Below are positions 26,294 through 38,305 of a stretch of 64,000 nt of DNA, one piece after another; the first letter of the stretch is position 1; every line of letters begins with the position of its first letter. A model generated the notes under the pieces. That model did not search any database. It was not told the origin of the DNA and saw only the letters and a list, made by a program, of their open reading frames with translations. Source of the stretch: Octopus sinensis (taxonomy: Eukaryota). A program made the translations under genes and the position numbers. The stretch covers positions 91,698,001 to 91,762,000 of the forward strand of contig NC_043003.1 of NCBI RefSeq assembly GCF_006345805.1, written 5' to 3'.

Positions 26294-27160
26294 ATGCGGT
26301 ACGACGTTAGAGAATCTCATTACCTCGAATGTTCAAGAAAAGAAAGCAATCTACATTTTTATTCGTATAACAACGAAAGTCAAGCAAACGAAGAATGCTC
26401 TACGAATATTTCAGATGGTTTTTATATTACTGACATTGATTATTTTCAAAATAGCGGAGAAAATCATTTCAGCTTTAACGAAAGTGAAACCGTGACAGAA
26501 TTAGAAAATCTTTCTCTGATAGCTGGATACGGAGCAGAATTTTATTCTCCGTGTGTTCCGAATGATGTTTGTTGGACACATGGCTACTGTCAGCCGTCAT
26601 GGCATCGAGGAGTTTTTACTTCTCATGTCAACTCTTACAATCAAAAACATATAAGTTTATTCAGAACAATAGGCAATGCCTGTGGCCAAGAAAATTACAA
26701 ATGTAACGAATGTGGCTGTCCTTTAATTCATTGGCCGGGTTACATGCATGGAAACTCAGACGACTGGGTCCAACAATCGAACAATTCTCACAGTTCTTGC
26801 TATCGGCAATATCCACCAACAGAGCCTCAGATGACCGTAGAAAAAATTAACGACAGCTTAAGTAATACTTCTAATGACCGCCAATCTGTGTACCCTAACG
26901 AAGAAAATTTTATCTGGTATCAAGCCCCAAGACCGTGTCCCAACAATTACTGTACTAATCAAGAATCTGATTATTACAACTGTGACTATAATAATTCTTT
27001 ATTTCAAGACGATGAGTTTGAAGATTTTGTCACCTGGTTCAAAGATGTAAACTCAACACAAGACCACAAGCAATTTCAGGTTTGGGTTTGCAATACTCCC
27101 ACCCAGTGGGGAAATCAAGAATACGAAGAATTCCAGGTCCTTATGGAAGAATCTGGCTGA
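26294..27160 (+). CDS. Intronless orphan protein, 288 aa, acidic and Asn/Ser/Gln/Tyr/Cys-rich; no family recognised
   Basis: Uninterrupted 867-bp ORF in AT-rich DNA; CAAA-ATG start context; no TE motifs or microsatellite basis; CpG retained; AATAAA 227 nt downstream of the stop. Confidence 0.7.
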   Translation: MRYDVRESHYLECSRKESNLHFYSYNNESQANEECSTNISDGFYITDIDYFQNSGENHFSFNESETVTELENLSLIAGYGAEFYSPCVPNDVCWTHGYCQPSWHRGVFTSHVNSYNQKHISLFRTIGNACGQENYKCNECGCPLIHWPGYMHGNSDDWVQQSNNSHSSCYRQYPPTEPQMTVEKINDSLSNTSNDRQSVYPNEENFIWYQAPRPCPNNYCTNQESDYYNCDYNNSLFQDDEFEDFVTWFKDVNSTQDHKQFQVWVCNTPTQWGNQEYEEFQVLMEESG

Positions 27161-27386
27161 AATTCAGTCTGCTGTAGCTTATACAAAAGAAAACATTGAC
27201 ATTTAAAAACAATATGCTTGTATATTTCTGTGATTGTTTACGTCCGGACTGACTAAAAAACGTTTATACACCATCAACGATTGCTATGTTAATATTGTAT
27301 TCTGGTAAATTATATTTTACCAAATTTTATATAATACAACAATATTTTGTAATTTGCAGTGCTTTGTGATAGCACATTTTATTATC

Positions 27387-27392
27387 AATAAA
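27387..27392 (+). terminator. Candidate polyadenylation signal for the orphan ORF
   Basis: AATAAA following a U-rich 3' UTR-like stretch. Confidence 0.4.
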
Positions 27393-27576
27393 ATAGAAAC
27401 GAAAATGGTAGTGATGTTGAATCATTGGTTGTGGCATGTCGGTTCGGTTTCTTCTACTTGCAAGTTCAAATCTCATTGTACTTCACCTTTTATACTTCCA
27501 GGCTTGAATTCTTCTATTTGACTGGAGTATATTTAACCCTTATATCACCTTATTTCTGTTGAAATACACTGCATTT

Positions 27577-28070
27577 ACATTATTTACATTTGACGAATAT
27601 TTGTCCTCATCTTGTTTGTTAACACAACATTTCGGCTTATATACCCTCCAGCCTTCATCTTGGGGAAATTTCGAACCTGGGTTCTCATTCCTAAGGTATT
27701 TTTCACGATGTTGTTGTTGTTATTCAGGTCACTGCCTGGAATCGAACTCGGAATTTTAGGGTTAGTAGCCCACGCTCTTAACCACTACGCCATATGCACG
27801 GGCTTATGGCATAGTGGTTAAGAGTTCGATTCCAGGCAGAGACCTGAATAATAATAATAATAATAATGATGATGATAATAATAACAATAACAAGATCGAA
27901 AAATACCTAACGAATGAGAACCCAGGTTCGAAATTTCCCCAAGACACCTGATGAAGGCTGGAGGGTATATCAGCCGAAACATTGTGTTAACAACAAACAA
28001 GGTGAGGACAAATATCCGTCAAATGTAAATAATGTATGTAATTCCTCATCTCTTAAATATAGAACTGTAT
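27577..28070. mobile_element. Palindromic tRNA-headed, hammerhead-bearing retroelement (head-to-head arms)
   Basis: Inverted arms centred near 27799, each with A and B boxes; 12-bp flanking duplication TACACTG(C/T)ATTT at 27565-27576 and 28071-28082. Confidence 0.75.
27943..27988 (+). ncRNA. Minimal type-I hammerhead ribozyme motif (decayed stem III)
   Basis: GACAC-CTGATGA-A-GGCTG(loop)CAGCC-GAAAC-ATT-GTGTT. Stem I and stem II pair; the expected GAAAC-GTT reads GAAAC-ATT, consistent with CpG decay. Confidence 0.65.
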
Positions 28071-28592
28071 TACACTGTATTTGTTTATATAAATTTTGAA
28101 ATTAATGAAGAATTTATCCAAATAATTTTGTCATATAACTGGTATTTGGAATTTTAATGAAGGTTTTAATCTAATTTAAAAGAGGAAGTTTTTTTATTAT
28201 AGAATTAGGGGTCAGTCTCAGGTGGGGTAGTGTCAAAAGGTTACACCCTACCCCCAAATTTATGGCCTTGTGCTAAATTTAGAGTTCATATATTATTAAT
28301 GGAATGAGATGAAGGCAATCAAGTTAATTAAAAATGGTAGTGAGTTAATGTTGATCAAATTAATTGCCTTCCAAAATTCAGCTGTAACCATCATCGTTTT
28401 AGTTGATTTTGTTTTTTTATGAGTACAAAGGAGGTACTGAGGTCTCTTGAAAATCAACTGCATGTCTCCCTTCAAATTTGTGGATCTGTGCCAGGAACAT
28501 CTTAGACCTTATGATCTGAAATAGAAACATTTCATGCTTTGATTTTTGCATATGTGCTAAATAGCTGGGTTGTGTGTGGTGTGGTGTGGTGT

Positions 28593-28642
<50 letters not shown>

Positions 28643-29534
28643 GAAATTTATTAACACAGTTTGTGTGACTTGTCAAAATGTTTGGACATGTTTTTGTGGC
28701 AGATTGCAAGCAAGTGATACTGCTTGTGAACAAACACATCCAGATGAGGAAATATGAACTCACACAAACATACACACACATATTCATTTAACAAAACAAG
28801 AATCTGGAAACATTTTAGTATTATTTATTCACCATTACACATGTTTCATTTTCTAATTGGAATCATAAAATTTTACAAATTGGACAAACATGTAAGAAAT
28901 TTCCTTTCAAAAATTCTTCAGACAGAGAATCAAATAACACAGAATTTTCAACTCTAATATCCATCTCACATCAATACAACAATGACAACAACTACATACT
29001 GCATTGAAATATTGGAATAAGATGTGTTGGAAGACACAGCTTGGATTTTTTTCCCCCTGTCTACATAATATATATTTATTTATATAAATGTTGGGTTTCT
29101 TTCAGTTTCTGTCTACCAAATCCACTCACAAACCTTTGGTCAGACCAAGACAATGTAGAACATAATTGCACAAGGTGCCATACAGTGGCACTGAACTAGA
29201 AACCATGTGGTTAGGACATGAACTTTTTAAACCTCACAGGCATGCCCACACCTATTATAGCCATACCTGTGCTTATACATGTGCCTGTGCCTGCACACAC
29301 ACACACACAACATTACATAATAGTTGCAAGTGTCCCTATCATGCAAGCAGTTCCCTTTGTTTCTAATCTGAAACATAGCTAATCATGGGAAAACATTGCC
29401 TTACTTGGAAACAGGTGATGGTGTTTGACCGAAAGGGAATCAAACTGTTGAAAACAATCTGCCTTAGCAAATTCCAGCTAACCCATGCAAACATGAAAAA
29501 GTGTACATTAAAATGATGAGGATAATGATATATA

Positions 29535-30440
29535 TTGGGCTGTCCTGTAAATAATGTGGTTTTTTCCATTGCATGAACTAAAAGTTGAAGGGGGACAGGA
29601 TAAACTACTTGCATCAACTTGCTATAAAAGCAGGGAGAAATTTTACCTTGTACTTATTCTTAGTGCAAATTTTGAAGAGTGCAGTTCGACTTTAACAGTT
29701 ATTTTTTCCAAGCTATAGTGACAAAGGAGCATATTCGGCATATTTCGCTTTATGAGTTCAATAAAGGCAACAACACAATAAAGTGTGTGAGGAATATTAA
29801 TGCAGTATATGGGGATTGGACGTAAGTGTAAGCCAGTGTCAATGGTGGTTCTAGAAATTCCAAGCTGAAAACTACAGCCTAGAAGATGAGCCTCATCCTG
29901 GAAGATCAGTAGAGCTCTACAAGGATGTCCTGCAAACACTAGTGGAACAAAATCCCATTGTAATTGTTGAGGAACTAGCAGAGAAGCTTGGATTTGGTTA
30001 TTCAACCAGTCATTCAAGTCAGCACTAGAAAAAACGGACCATCTTTGGTTTCAAGACGAAATGTATTCTTCCATCAGGATAATGCTTAGCCACATACAGT
30101 GAGGATGACATTCCAAAAGTTGGAGCAGTTTGAATGGGAAACAATGACCCACCTACCATATTTGCCAGAACTGATTATCATTCATTCTGCAGTCTTCAAA
30201 ATCTTTTGGGTGAAAAAAATATAAATTCTGTAGACAAGGTCAGAAGAGTACTGAAGGAGTATTTTTCATCACAGACAAGTGAATTTTGGAAGCGGGGCCT
30301 TGCAAGTCTACCAGATAGATGGAAGAGCATTGTAGAAAATGAAGGAGAGTATATTTTAGATTAAAAAAGAACTTTGCTTATCTTAATTTTGAAAAATAAA
30401 AGGATTATAAAGAAACAGCATTATTTATGGGATGACCCAA
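29535..30440 (+). mobile_element. Internally deleted mariner transposon with TIRs and TA TSD
   Basis: TIRs TTGGGCTGTCCTGTAAATAATG / CATTATTTATGGGATGACCCAA; KEHIRH..LYEFNKG, LEDEPHPGR, FHQDNA, LPDRWKSIVENEGEYILD; deletion near 30015. Confidence 0.9.
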
Positions 30441-30564
30441 TATATTGCTGGCAACTTATTCTGTCTTCTGAGGGTAAAAACTCAATCTTTCTCTACTGTT
30501 TTTTCATGGCTATACTGCATTTGAAGTTTACTTGCTTGTCTATAAAATGTGTGTGTATATATAT

Positions 30565-31150
30565 CATCATCATCATCATCGTTTAACGTCTGCTTTCCAT
30601 GCTAGCATAGGTTGGATGATTTGACTGAGGACTGGCGAACCAGATGGCTGCACCAGGCTCCAAACTGATCTGGCAGAGTTTCTACAGCTGGATACCCTTC
30701 CTAACGCCAACCACTCCGAGAGTGTAGTGGGTGCTTTTACGTGCCACTGGCATGAGGGCCAGTCAGATGGTACTGGCAACGGCCACGCTCAAATGGTGTT
30801 TTTTACGTGCCACCTGCACAGGAGCCAGTCCAGTGGCACTGGCAACAACCTCGCTTGAATGTCTTTTCACGTGCCACCGGCACAAGTACCAGTAAGGTAA
30901 TGCTGGTAATGATCACACTTGAATGGTGCTTTTTATGTGCTACCAGCATGGAAGGCAGTCAGTTGCTCTGGCAACGATCATGCTCGGATGGTGCTCTTAG
31001 CGCTCCACTAGCACAGATGCCAGTCATTGAATTTGATATCAATTTCACTTGCCTTAATAGGTCTTTGCAAGCAGAGTTTAGTGTCCAATGAAGGAAAGGT
31101 ACACATAAGTGGGCTGGTTACACCCCTGGTATAGGTTATGGTCTCACTTG
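30565..31150 (-). mobile_element. RTE 3' UTR fragment with (TGA)n tail
   Basis: Reverse complement matches the tail at 40170-40332. Confidence 0.75.
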
Positions 31151-31256
31151 GCTAAGGAAATATTTTTATTCTCAAATACAGGATAATGCTAATAATATAG
31201 CATGAACAGGATAAACTATCCATATTTTGCAGAAAAAAATCTGTCGGCAGCCAGCC

Positions 31257-31287
<31 letters not shown>

Positions 31288-31899
31288 CTATTATATATAT
31301 ATATATATATATATATTGTTGCTATTATGTGAAACTGTTGTATGCCCGAATTTGGCCAAATGTGTTTTTTTCAATATTTGATTTTGCTTGCAATAGCCGG
31401 TTCTTTTCCTCAAACTATCGTATCTCCAGCTGCTTCAGATGAAAATCGTCAAAATGTAGTACAACGGTTTAGTATTTTTCAAAAGTGTAGTAAGCCCCAC
31501 AGAAATATTTCTGACTGAAAATATCACACATGCATGGAGTTATGATTTTATGCACCGAACGAAGTATTATTGTTAAGCTGAAACTGTTGCTAAGGTAAAT
31601 AGAAATGGAATGGTGAAACTATTTTTGCATTTTCTGAAAAAGCAATGTTTTGGACTTACAATATGTAGTGGATCTTGCAAGCATGAAGTGGATTCGATCC
31701 ACCATAGCCAAATTTAAATTAACACTGCAACAGAACTTTTCTCACAGTGGAACAATGGTTTTTCTCTGACAGCAGTTTTACATTTTCCAGATGCCTTTAG
31801 CTAGGCCAAAATAATGTCCTCACCACTTCACCCTTTCTAACCTCTTCTACTTCACCAAAAGCAAGAATAGAGATAACAAGATCACCAACTAAATCTATT

Positions 31900-32520
31900 G
31901 TTCTCAATGATATATCTATCCTTCTGGATAGTTATAAAAGCAAGCACATCCCAAGCAAAAATCAGTTAGTCACAGTTGGTGACGACTCAACCAAGTGGTC
32001 AGTTGGCGACAGCTGAGTGAGGCAGTTTGTGACAACTCAATTAGTTAGGGACCGGACTGCTAGAATCATGATCACAAGGAATGCAGCTACTAGTCAGCGA
32101 GAGAAATGAAAATTACTGTCAGCAACTGTGAGACGACGTCCCACACCCTACGACTCTCACTAGCTCTAATTTCTGTTCTCTTACAATATCATTCTATCTC
32201 TCACTACAGTGAACATTGAACATGTGAAACAATGAAGAGAACACAAACACAAACTTTACTTTGCATGCTTTTGGATTTATCATAACCTGCCTGTCAAGGT
32301 ATGGTGCTTTTAAATGTAACGGTAAATAAATACTTTCTTAAAACTTCATGCATTTTTCATCTTTCACATCCTACAACTTGCCATTACAACAACAAATTTT
32401 TATCGTTACCACTGCTGACTCCGACATTTCATATTATTGTGTACCTAATCAATCTCACCTGTTACAATTGGTAGATACACTAATTAAAACCTAACCGTTA
32501 GAATTGGTGACCCTCGACTA
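31900..32520 (+). mobile_element. Possible LTR with primer-binding site
   Basis: TATAAAA near 31932, AATAAA near 32325, then TGGTGACCCTCGAC at 32505-32518, resembling a tRNA-Trp PBS (TGGTGACCCCGAC). No second LTR or gag was seen. Confidence 0.3.
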
Positions 32521-32611
32521 CACTCTAATAAAACTTTATCGTTACAAATACTCTAATCATATTTATCGTCACAGATACTTTTGCATGATAGCAAAGATAT
32601 ATATATATATG

Positions 32612-34026
32612 TGATGACACCCTGGCCATTTCTAGAGGAGCAAATGGACACACTCTAGACAGACTGAGGAAAGATCTAATTAGCACACATGGCTCCATGG
32701 GATTAAAAATTACCATTGAGACCAATCTCTTCTTAGACATCATGCTCGACTTGGTCTCCAGTACATACAGACTCAACTGCAAGCCAAATGAGAGGCTTAT
32801 GTCCAAAGAGCCTCCTGTCCAAAAACCTGTTGAAGGATGTTGGCAAGAGGATCATGAACCTTTCCTCCAGCCAAGAGATTTTTGATACAGCAGTCCCCTA
32901 CTATAATGAGGCTGTAACTGCTAATGGATTTAGGGACCACATCTCCTACCTGCTGGGCCCCAACATCTGTAGAAGGAAGCATTGCAGAATTATCATTTGG
33001 TTTGCCCCACCCTCTCTCTTAACATAAAAAACGTCTGTAGGTAGGATATTCCTTAAGTTATTAGATAAACATTTCACATGTTCAAATAGGTATGGATGCA
33101 TTTTCAACAGGCACAACCTAGGATCCCTTTTAGCTGGGCCTACAATATTAAGAGCATTCTAGTTAGCACCCCTAGATCATGAGTGGAGACAAGATGCTTA
33201 TGCAGGGACAACAACAGGTGCCAAGTGAGAGGCCACTGGGAAACCAAGGGAATCGTCTATGAAGCTAAGGTACTGGCCGACCCTAGTAGCAGTAACAACA
33301 TCAGCAGCTTCTCCAATGGCTACTAAAGTAGCAGGGTTGACAGTACCAATAGTAGCAGCAGCAGAGACATGAACAGAACCAGCAGCAGCACTACCACCAG
33401 TGATAACAACAATAACATCACCGACAGCAATGGCAGTGCCCTTATTGGAAATAGTAGCAGAGCCATCACCAAAGATATCTGTAACAGCAGTGACAGTGCC
33501 ACCATCAATAACGATGACCATAACAACAACAGCACTATTACCAACACCAGTAGTAACGGCACCAACACCATTGCCACTTCCAATGACACCAACACCAACA
33601 GCACCAGTACCAACAACAGCGGTAGCAGCGATGCCAATACCAGCAGATACAGCACCACCAACACCAAAGCATGGAGATACATTCAAGCAATACCTCTCCA
33701 ATCACAAATCCACTTTCAGGATACCAGTAAAGAGATACGTTACATCATTAGCCAGCCATGTATGGCAGCTGAAGGATGATGGGATTCCACATGCAATATC
33801 ATGGAGAATCCTAGAAAATCCAGGCCCCTTCATAAATGGGATCAAGCATTGTAAACTATGCATAGAGGAATGGGCTAGGATACTAAAGGACTCCCTTGAC
33901 TTGGGGAACATCCTTAACTCCAGAATGGAGGTCTTCGGAGGAAATTCCTGCTGGCCTATTGGAACCCACAAGAAAACAGGGTCACTTATGATGGATATCC
34001 AAAGGGAGACAATTCCTTGTTATTGA
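32612..34026 (+). mobile_element. Degraded Penelope-like element (C-terminal RT + GIY-YIG endonuclease)
   Basis: DDTLAI, GLKITIETN..FLD, KRIMNLSSSQEIFD, IIWFAPP, VGRIFLKLLDKHF, KGIVYEAKV, TFKQYLSNHKSTF, TSLASHVW, WRIL, CKLCIEE, LNSRMEVF; frameshifts and stops. Confidence 0.88.
33280..33672 (+). repeat. Cryptic AGC/AAC/ACC/AGT trinucleotide tract within the PLE endonuclease
   Basis: Encodes a Ser/Asn/Thr-rich stretch in frame with GIVYEAKV. Confidence 0.75.
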
Positions 34027-34629
34027 TATTGAGTAGTGAGGTCCTTTGCTCCTCTATTTTCTTGGGTTTTTTTAAGGGTCTTATATTAATTGGATCAAGA
34101 TGAAAGTTTCTATTTGGTTATTAGCTGCAGTACATCAGGAAATTAAAAGTGCTAGACTTATTGGATTAGACATTAGCTCGTTAGTAAGTTTAGGCAGGCT
34201 TATGGCATATATAATTAAGCCAACATAATAAGTGATAGACTCTAGCTCACATATTCAGTCAATTTTATATTGAATTTTCACCATATGCTGTTCTTCCTGA
34301 TTTATAGAATGAGTGAGGCTTGAATTGGTACAAATAGCAGGCAAATTTCACTGAAAATATAAACTCATCATCATTGTTTTAATGTCCACTATACCATTCC
34401 TACATAGGTCCGACAGAATACTTAAAGGCAGATTTTCTACAGCTGGAGGCCCTTCCTGTTACCAGCCCTTACTTATTTCCAAGTCAAGTAATATTTCCCC
34501 ATGACTTGACATATTTTCACTGGAAATTGGAAATTAATGACACCATACATATCATAGTGACTCTTGTTTACACCTTTCGTACAACGTCAAAACAAAGACA
34601 CACACACATACAAGCTTAAAGATTCATTG

Positions 34630-35600
34630 AACTGCTAGAGATTTAAAGAAGTTCTAGCTGAAGTATTTGATGAAAGGGAGGAGGAGGAGGAGATAGAGAC
34701 ATATAATAAAGGACAACTCTTATGAAACAACCTACTGAGGGTTACAAAGGAAATCTGTGGTTGGTGTAAAGTTCCAACCAGACTGAGGGTGACATGGTGG
34801 TGGAGTGGAACAGTGAGGTAGACAGAGCCATAAAAGCAAAGAGAGTGGTTTGGAAAAACAAGGAAAATGGAGGCAGCAGACAGTTATATCAGGAAGGCAG
34901 AAGAGAAGCTTAGGTGACAAGTTTACTTTGCAAGAAAAGAAGTAGAAAGTAAGAGGTTTGCATGCCCCCCCCACACACACACCTTTGTTCACCACTCACT
35001 ATGTACCCCTGATCTCCATCTCTGTCATTGTACATCTCTCTCTCTCACTCACTTCTCCTTTACCACCCTACCCTTACACATTGCTGCTCTCTACCTCTTG
35101 TGTATTGCCATTTTTCAACTCTGAACCATTTCTATTTCTTTCACCTTAACCTTACAACTCATATTTACTATTCACCATCCCTCTGCGCTTTTTCACCATT
35201 CACTATATTCCCATTGGGCACCCATCTCTATTTATCTGTCATTCTCCTCTCAAACTCTTGTGAACTTCACCTTCTCAAATTCTTGGTTCCTATTCTCTTT
35301 TCTGCTGGCCTTCTTGAACCTTAAGTGTATGTCTTAACATCTCATTTCTACCATCTTTTCTCCCTTTCAAGCTGGGGTAGCTGTGTATCTCCTCTACAAC
35401 TAACCAGCTGTTCCAGTTCCTTTATCACACCTTAGCTTCTTACACTTGACACAAAGTCACCTCCCTCTCTACTACAACCCGAGAGGATTTTTGTATTGCA
35501 AGTTACTTAGAAACTTTACTAGTGCTGCTGTCATGAAAAAATGGCAACCAATTCACTCTGTAAAATGATTAGTGCAAGGAATGGCATCTGCTTCTAGAGA
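34630..35600 (+). mobile_element. RTE fragment: EN-RT linker joined directly to the C/T-rich 3' UTR
   Basis: Frameshifted LLRVTKEICGWCKVP..TWWWNSEVDRAIKAK...RKEVESKRFA, then an abrupt switch at ~34960 to UTR sequence like 17620-18200. Confidence 0.6.
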
Positions 35601-36019
35601 GAAACTAGGCTAAGCAGACATTTGTAGTAGAAAGTACTTATCCAAGGTGTCGCACAGTGGCGCTGAACTTAAAACCACGTAGTTGGGAAGCAAACATCTT
35701 AACCATACAAACTTGTCTGTCCTCACCACATAGCCATGTCTGTGCCTATCAAATATTAAATTCCTCCCAAGAAATATGTTTTTAATAGATAATAATTTAG
35801 AGACTAGAAATGAAAACAATTTTAAACATTTTTCTTCCAGTGAAGCAATATGGAAATTGACAGAACTTAAAAGAACGTCTATAAAATTAACTTTTGTTGA
35901 TGGTTGTAGCATTACTTCTTATGATATTTATTATTTTTTACACTGTCCTGAGATAACATACTCAACTCTTCTTGTGTCAGGCTAGACAGGATATAGATGT
36001 TACTATATCTACACCCTAA

Positions 36020-36300
36020 TAGGTGGTTATGGTGAAGGATAAAGATCGTGGGTTGTGCAACTTGATACAAAGCTGTTCCTGAAGATCAGGCACTAGAAAG
36101 TTTTCTCAAATTCTACACTAACAACATAATGTTTAGATTTACCATCCCTAAAAAGGTCCATAGTGACAGTAGCAAAACACTACTATAACATCTGGTAGTT
36201 ATATTTCCTTAACTTTCATCAGGTGAAGGTTACAATGTTATTATCATAAGACACTAGCAACTACTAGCAGGCAATAATGGTGCTTTATCTCGTCCTGCTT
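36020..36300 (+). pseudogene. Possible LTR-retrotransposon integrase remnant
   Basis: YKAVPEDQALESFLKFYTNNIMFRFTIPKKVHSDS resembles the integrase core (..I..RFG.P..IHSD.G). Confidence 0.25.
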
Positions 36301-36616
36301 TATCATTATTTTTTTCTGTAATGGAATCTTTGTAGATAGTCAAGACTGTATAGTGCTGGCTTGAATGTTCAATAACCTTTAGTTTCATCATTCATGGTTT
36401 TGGGTTAGAATCATATTGAAGCTAGATTTGCTTTTTATCGTTCTAGACAATGTAAAATATATACCTGTAATATTCTGAGGTTAATATAGTTGATTATTTT
36501 TCTACTCTTCAACCACTGCTTTTCTATGCAACATTTTCTTGACTATATTTCGTATGATATATACTGCTTGTATGTTTTAATTAACTTTAAAAAAATAAGC
36601 AGGTATAAAGTGATCT

Positions 36617-37048
36617 TTTATCTTTTACTTGTTTCAGTCATTAGACTGTGGCCATGCTGAAGCACCACCTTGAAGAACTTTTAGTTGAATGAATCAACCT
36701 CAGTACTTTTTTTTGATAAGGCTGCTACTTATTCTATCAGTCTCTTTTTGTCGAACAGCAAAGTTATGGGGATGTGAACATACTGACACCAGTTGTCAAG
36801 TGGTGGTGGGGGACAAATACACACACAGAGACGCACACACACACACACACACACACACACCACACACACACACACACACACATTTGACAGGCTTCTTTCA
36901 GTTTCTGTCTACCAAATCCACTCACAAGGCTTGAGTTGGCCCAAGGCTATAATAGAAGACATTTGCCCAATGTGCCATTCAGTGGAACTGAACTGAGAAC
37001 CATGTAGTTGGGAAGCAAGCTTCTTATCACACAGCCATGCTTGCACCT
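36617..37048 (-). mobile_element. OR-like CORE SINE copy
   Basis: Tail, CA microsatellite and head are present. Confidence 0.8.
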
Positions 37049-38087
37049 GTGATCTAATAAAATATAATGTTTTGTTATTAATTTGATGCTTGGGAAATGA
37101 CTTAGCAATGTTTAGAAGCTTTTAATTTGAACACTGACCCTTTTGAACCAATCTGTCTGGAATTACTTCTCATTCTGTGATACAAACTTCCTGTTTTAAA
37201 ATGATCTAAATTAAAAACTTTCCATCAAAATTTCATGTTAATTAATGTTCCGAATACCAGCTTAATTATGACAAAATTATTTTACTAAATTCTTCATTAT
37301 TTTCAAAATTAATTGAAATAAAAACAGGAATAACAAATAGGCTAAAATGGATACTTTTGTATTATAGAAAAAGAGGTGGTCTTAAGAAATTCTTCCTTTC
37401 ATTTGTGGTGAATGCTGGCAGCTGGAGTTGAAAGTCAAGTTCCTGGTGAGCCGAAATTTTTGTTCTCTAGCTTTGATTCCCAGTTAAATCCATTTCCCTT
37501 CTCTTGTTTGACTATCACAACTTCTCATGTCCTTCAAAATTTTAGGCTTCATGGTTTTAAATTCTGGATAATATTAATAACTTGTGAAAAGATTAATTCT
37601 GTGGGACTGACATGTTTATTTGACTTTACACGAAGATGGAACTCTTTAGTGCAATCCTAGCAGCTTACAAAATGTTACCACTATCAATAATAATCCTTGC
37701 AGCTTTTCAACAAACAACCTACATTAATAGCTTAAATTTTTTTCGTGTTTTTTTTTTTTATCGTTGCTTATAAAAGAATATTCTCTTCTTTTGATGGACA
37801 ATAAAATAGGGAAAGTTACTGTTTAAGATTAGTCAGAATATTTGAAAAATTGAGTTCCAATAAATTTTCTCAAGCTCATATAAAATTTGGTGACCCAAAA
37901 CCACCACCACCACCACCACCACCATCAACACCAACACGGCCACCACCACCACCGCCGCCACCTCCACCACCACAACCACCACCATCATCATCATCATTAT
38001 CATTTAACATCAGTTTTCCATGCTGGCATGGGTTAGATAGAATTTATTGAAGCAGAAGATTTTCTATGATTAGATTTGTTTAAGCCT

Positions 38088-38305
38088 TTAGCATTCAGAT
38101 TAGTTTGTCAATTGTATTGCTTTTTTATTTACATTGTTTGAAATTAATTACATTATGTTGTAGCTTTGATATTTCAATTGTGGGATCGTTTAGTTTTAGC
38201 ATGACATTGTAGCGTAGGTGTAAGAGACTATATTTGCTGAGTTTGAACATAAAACAAGTAGAATATTTTGGCTGGATATGACCGGTTTAAATGCTAAAGG
38301 GTTTA
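38088..38305. mobile_element. piggyBac-like MITE (second family)
   Basis: Termini CCTTTAGCATT...AATGCTAAAGGG; a related end lies at 58010-58110. Confidence 0.55.

Larger units (their letters stand above)
27534..28245. mobile_element. TTAA-type MITE interrupted by the hammerhead foldback element
   Basis: TTAACCCTT... start and ...AAAAGGGTTA end; body matches 12989-13172; split at TACACTG(C/T)ATTT. Confidence 0.55.

Noticed and set aside
27720-27840. tRNA-like sequences as real tRNA genes (also all SINE heads)
   Set aside because: No proper acceptor stem or terminator; the right copy lacks the anticodon arm; they are embedded in repeats.
33198-33701. 167-aa Gly/Ala/Val-rich minus-strand ORF and 119-aa Leu/Val ORF
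   Set aside because: Antisense reading of the stop-poor trinucleotide tract in the Penelope remnant.
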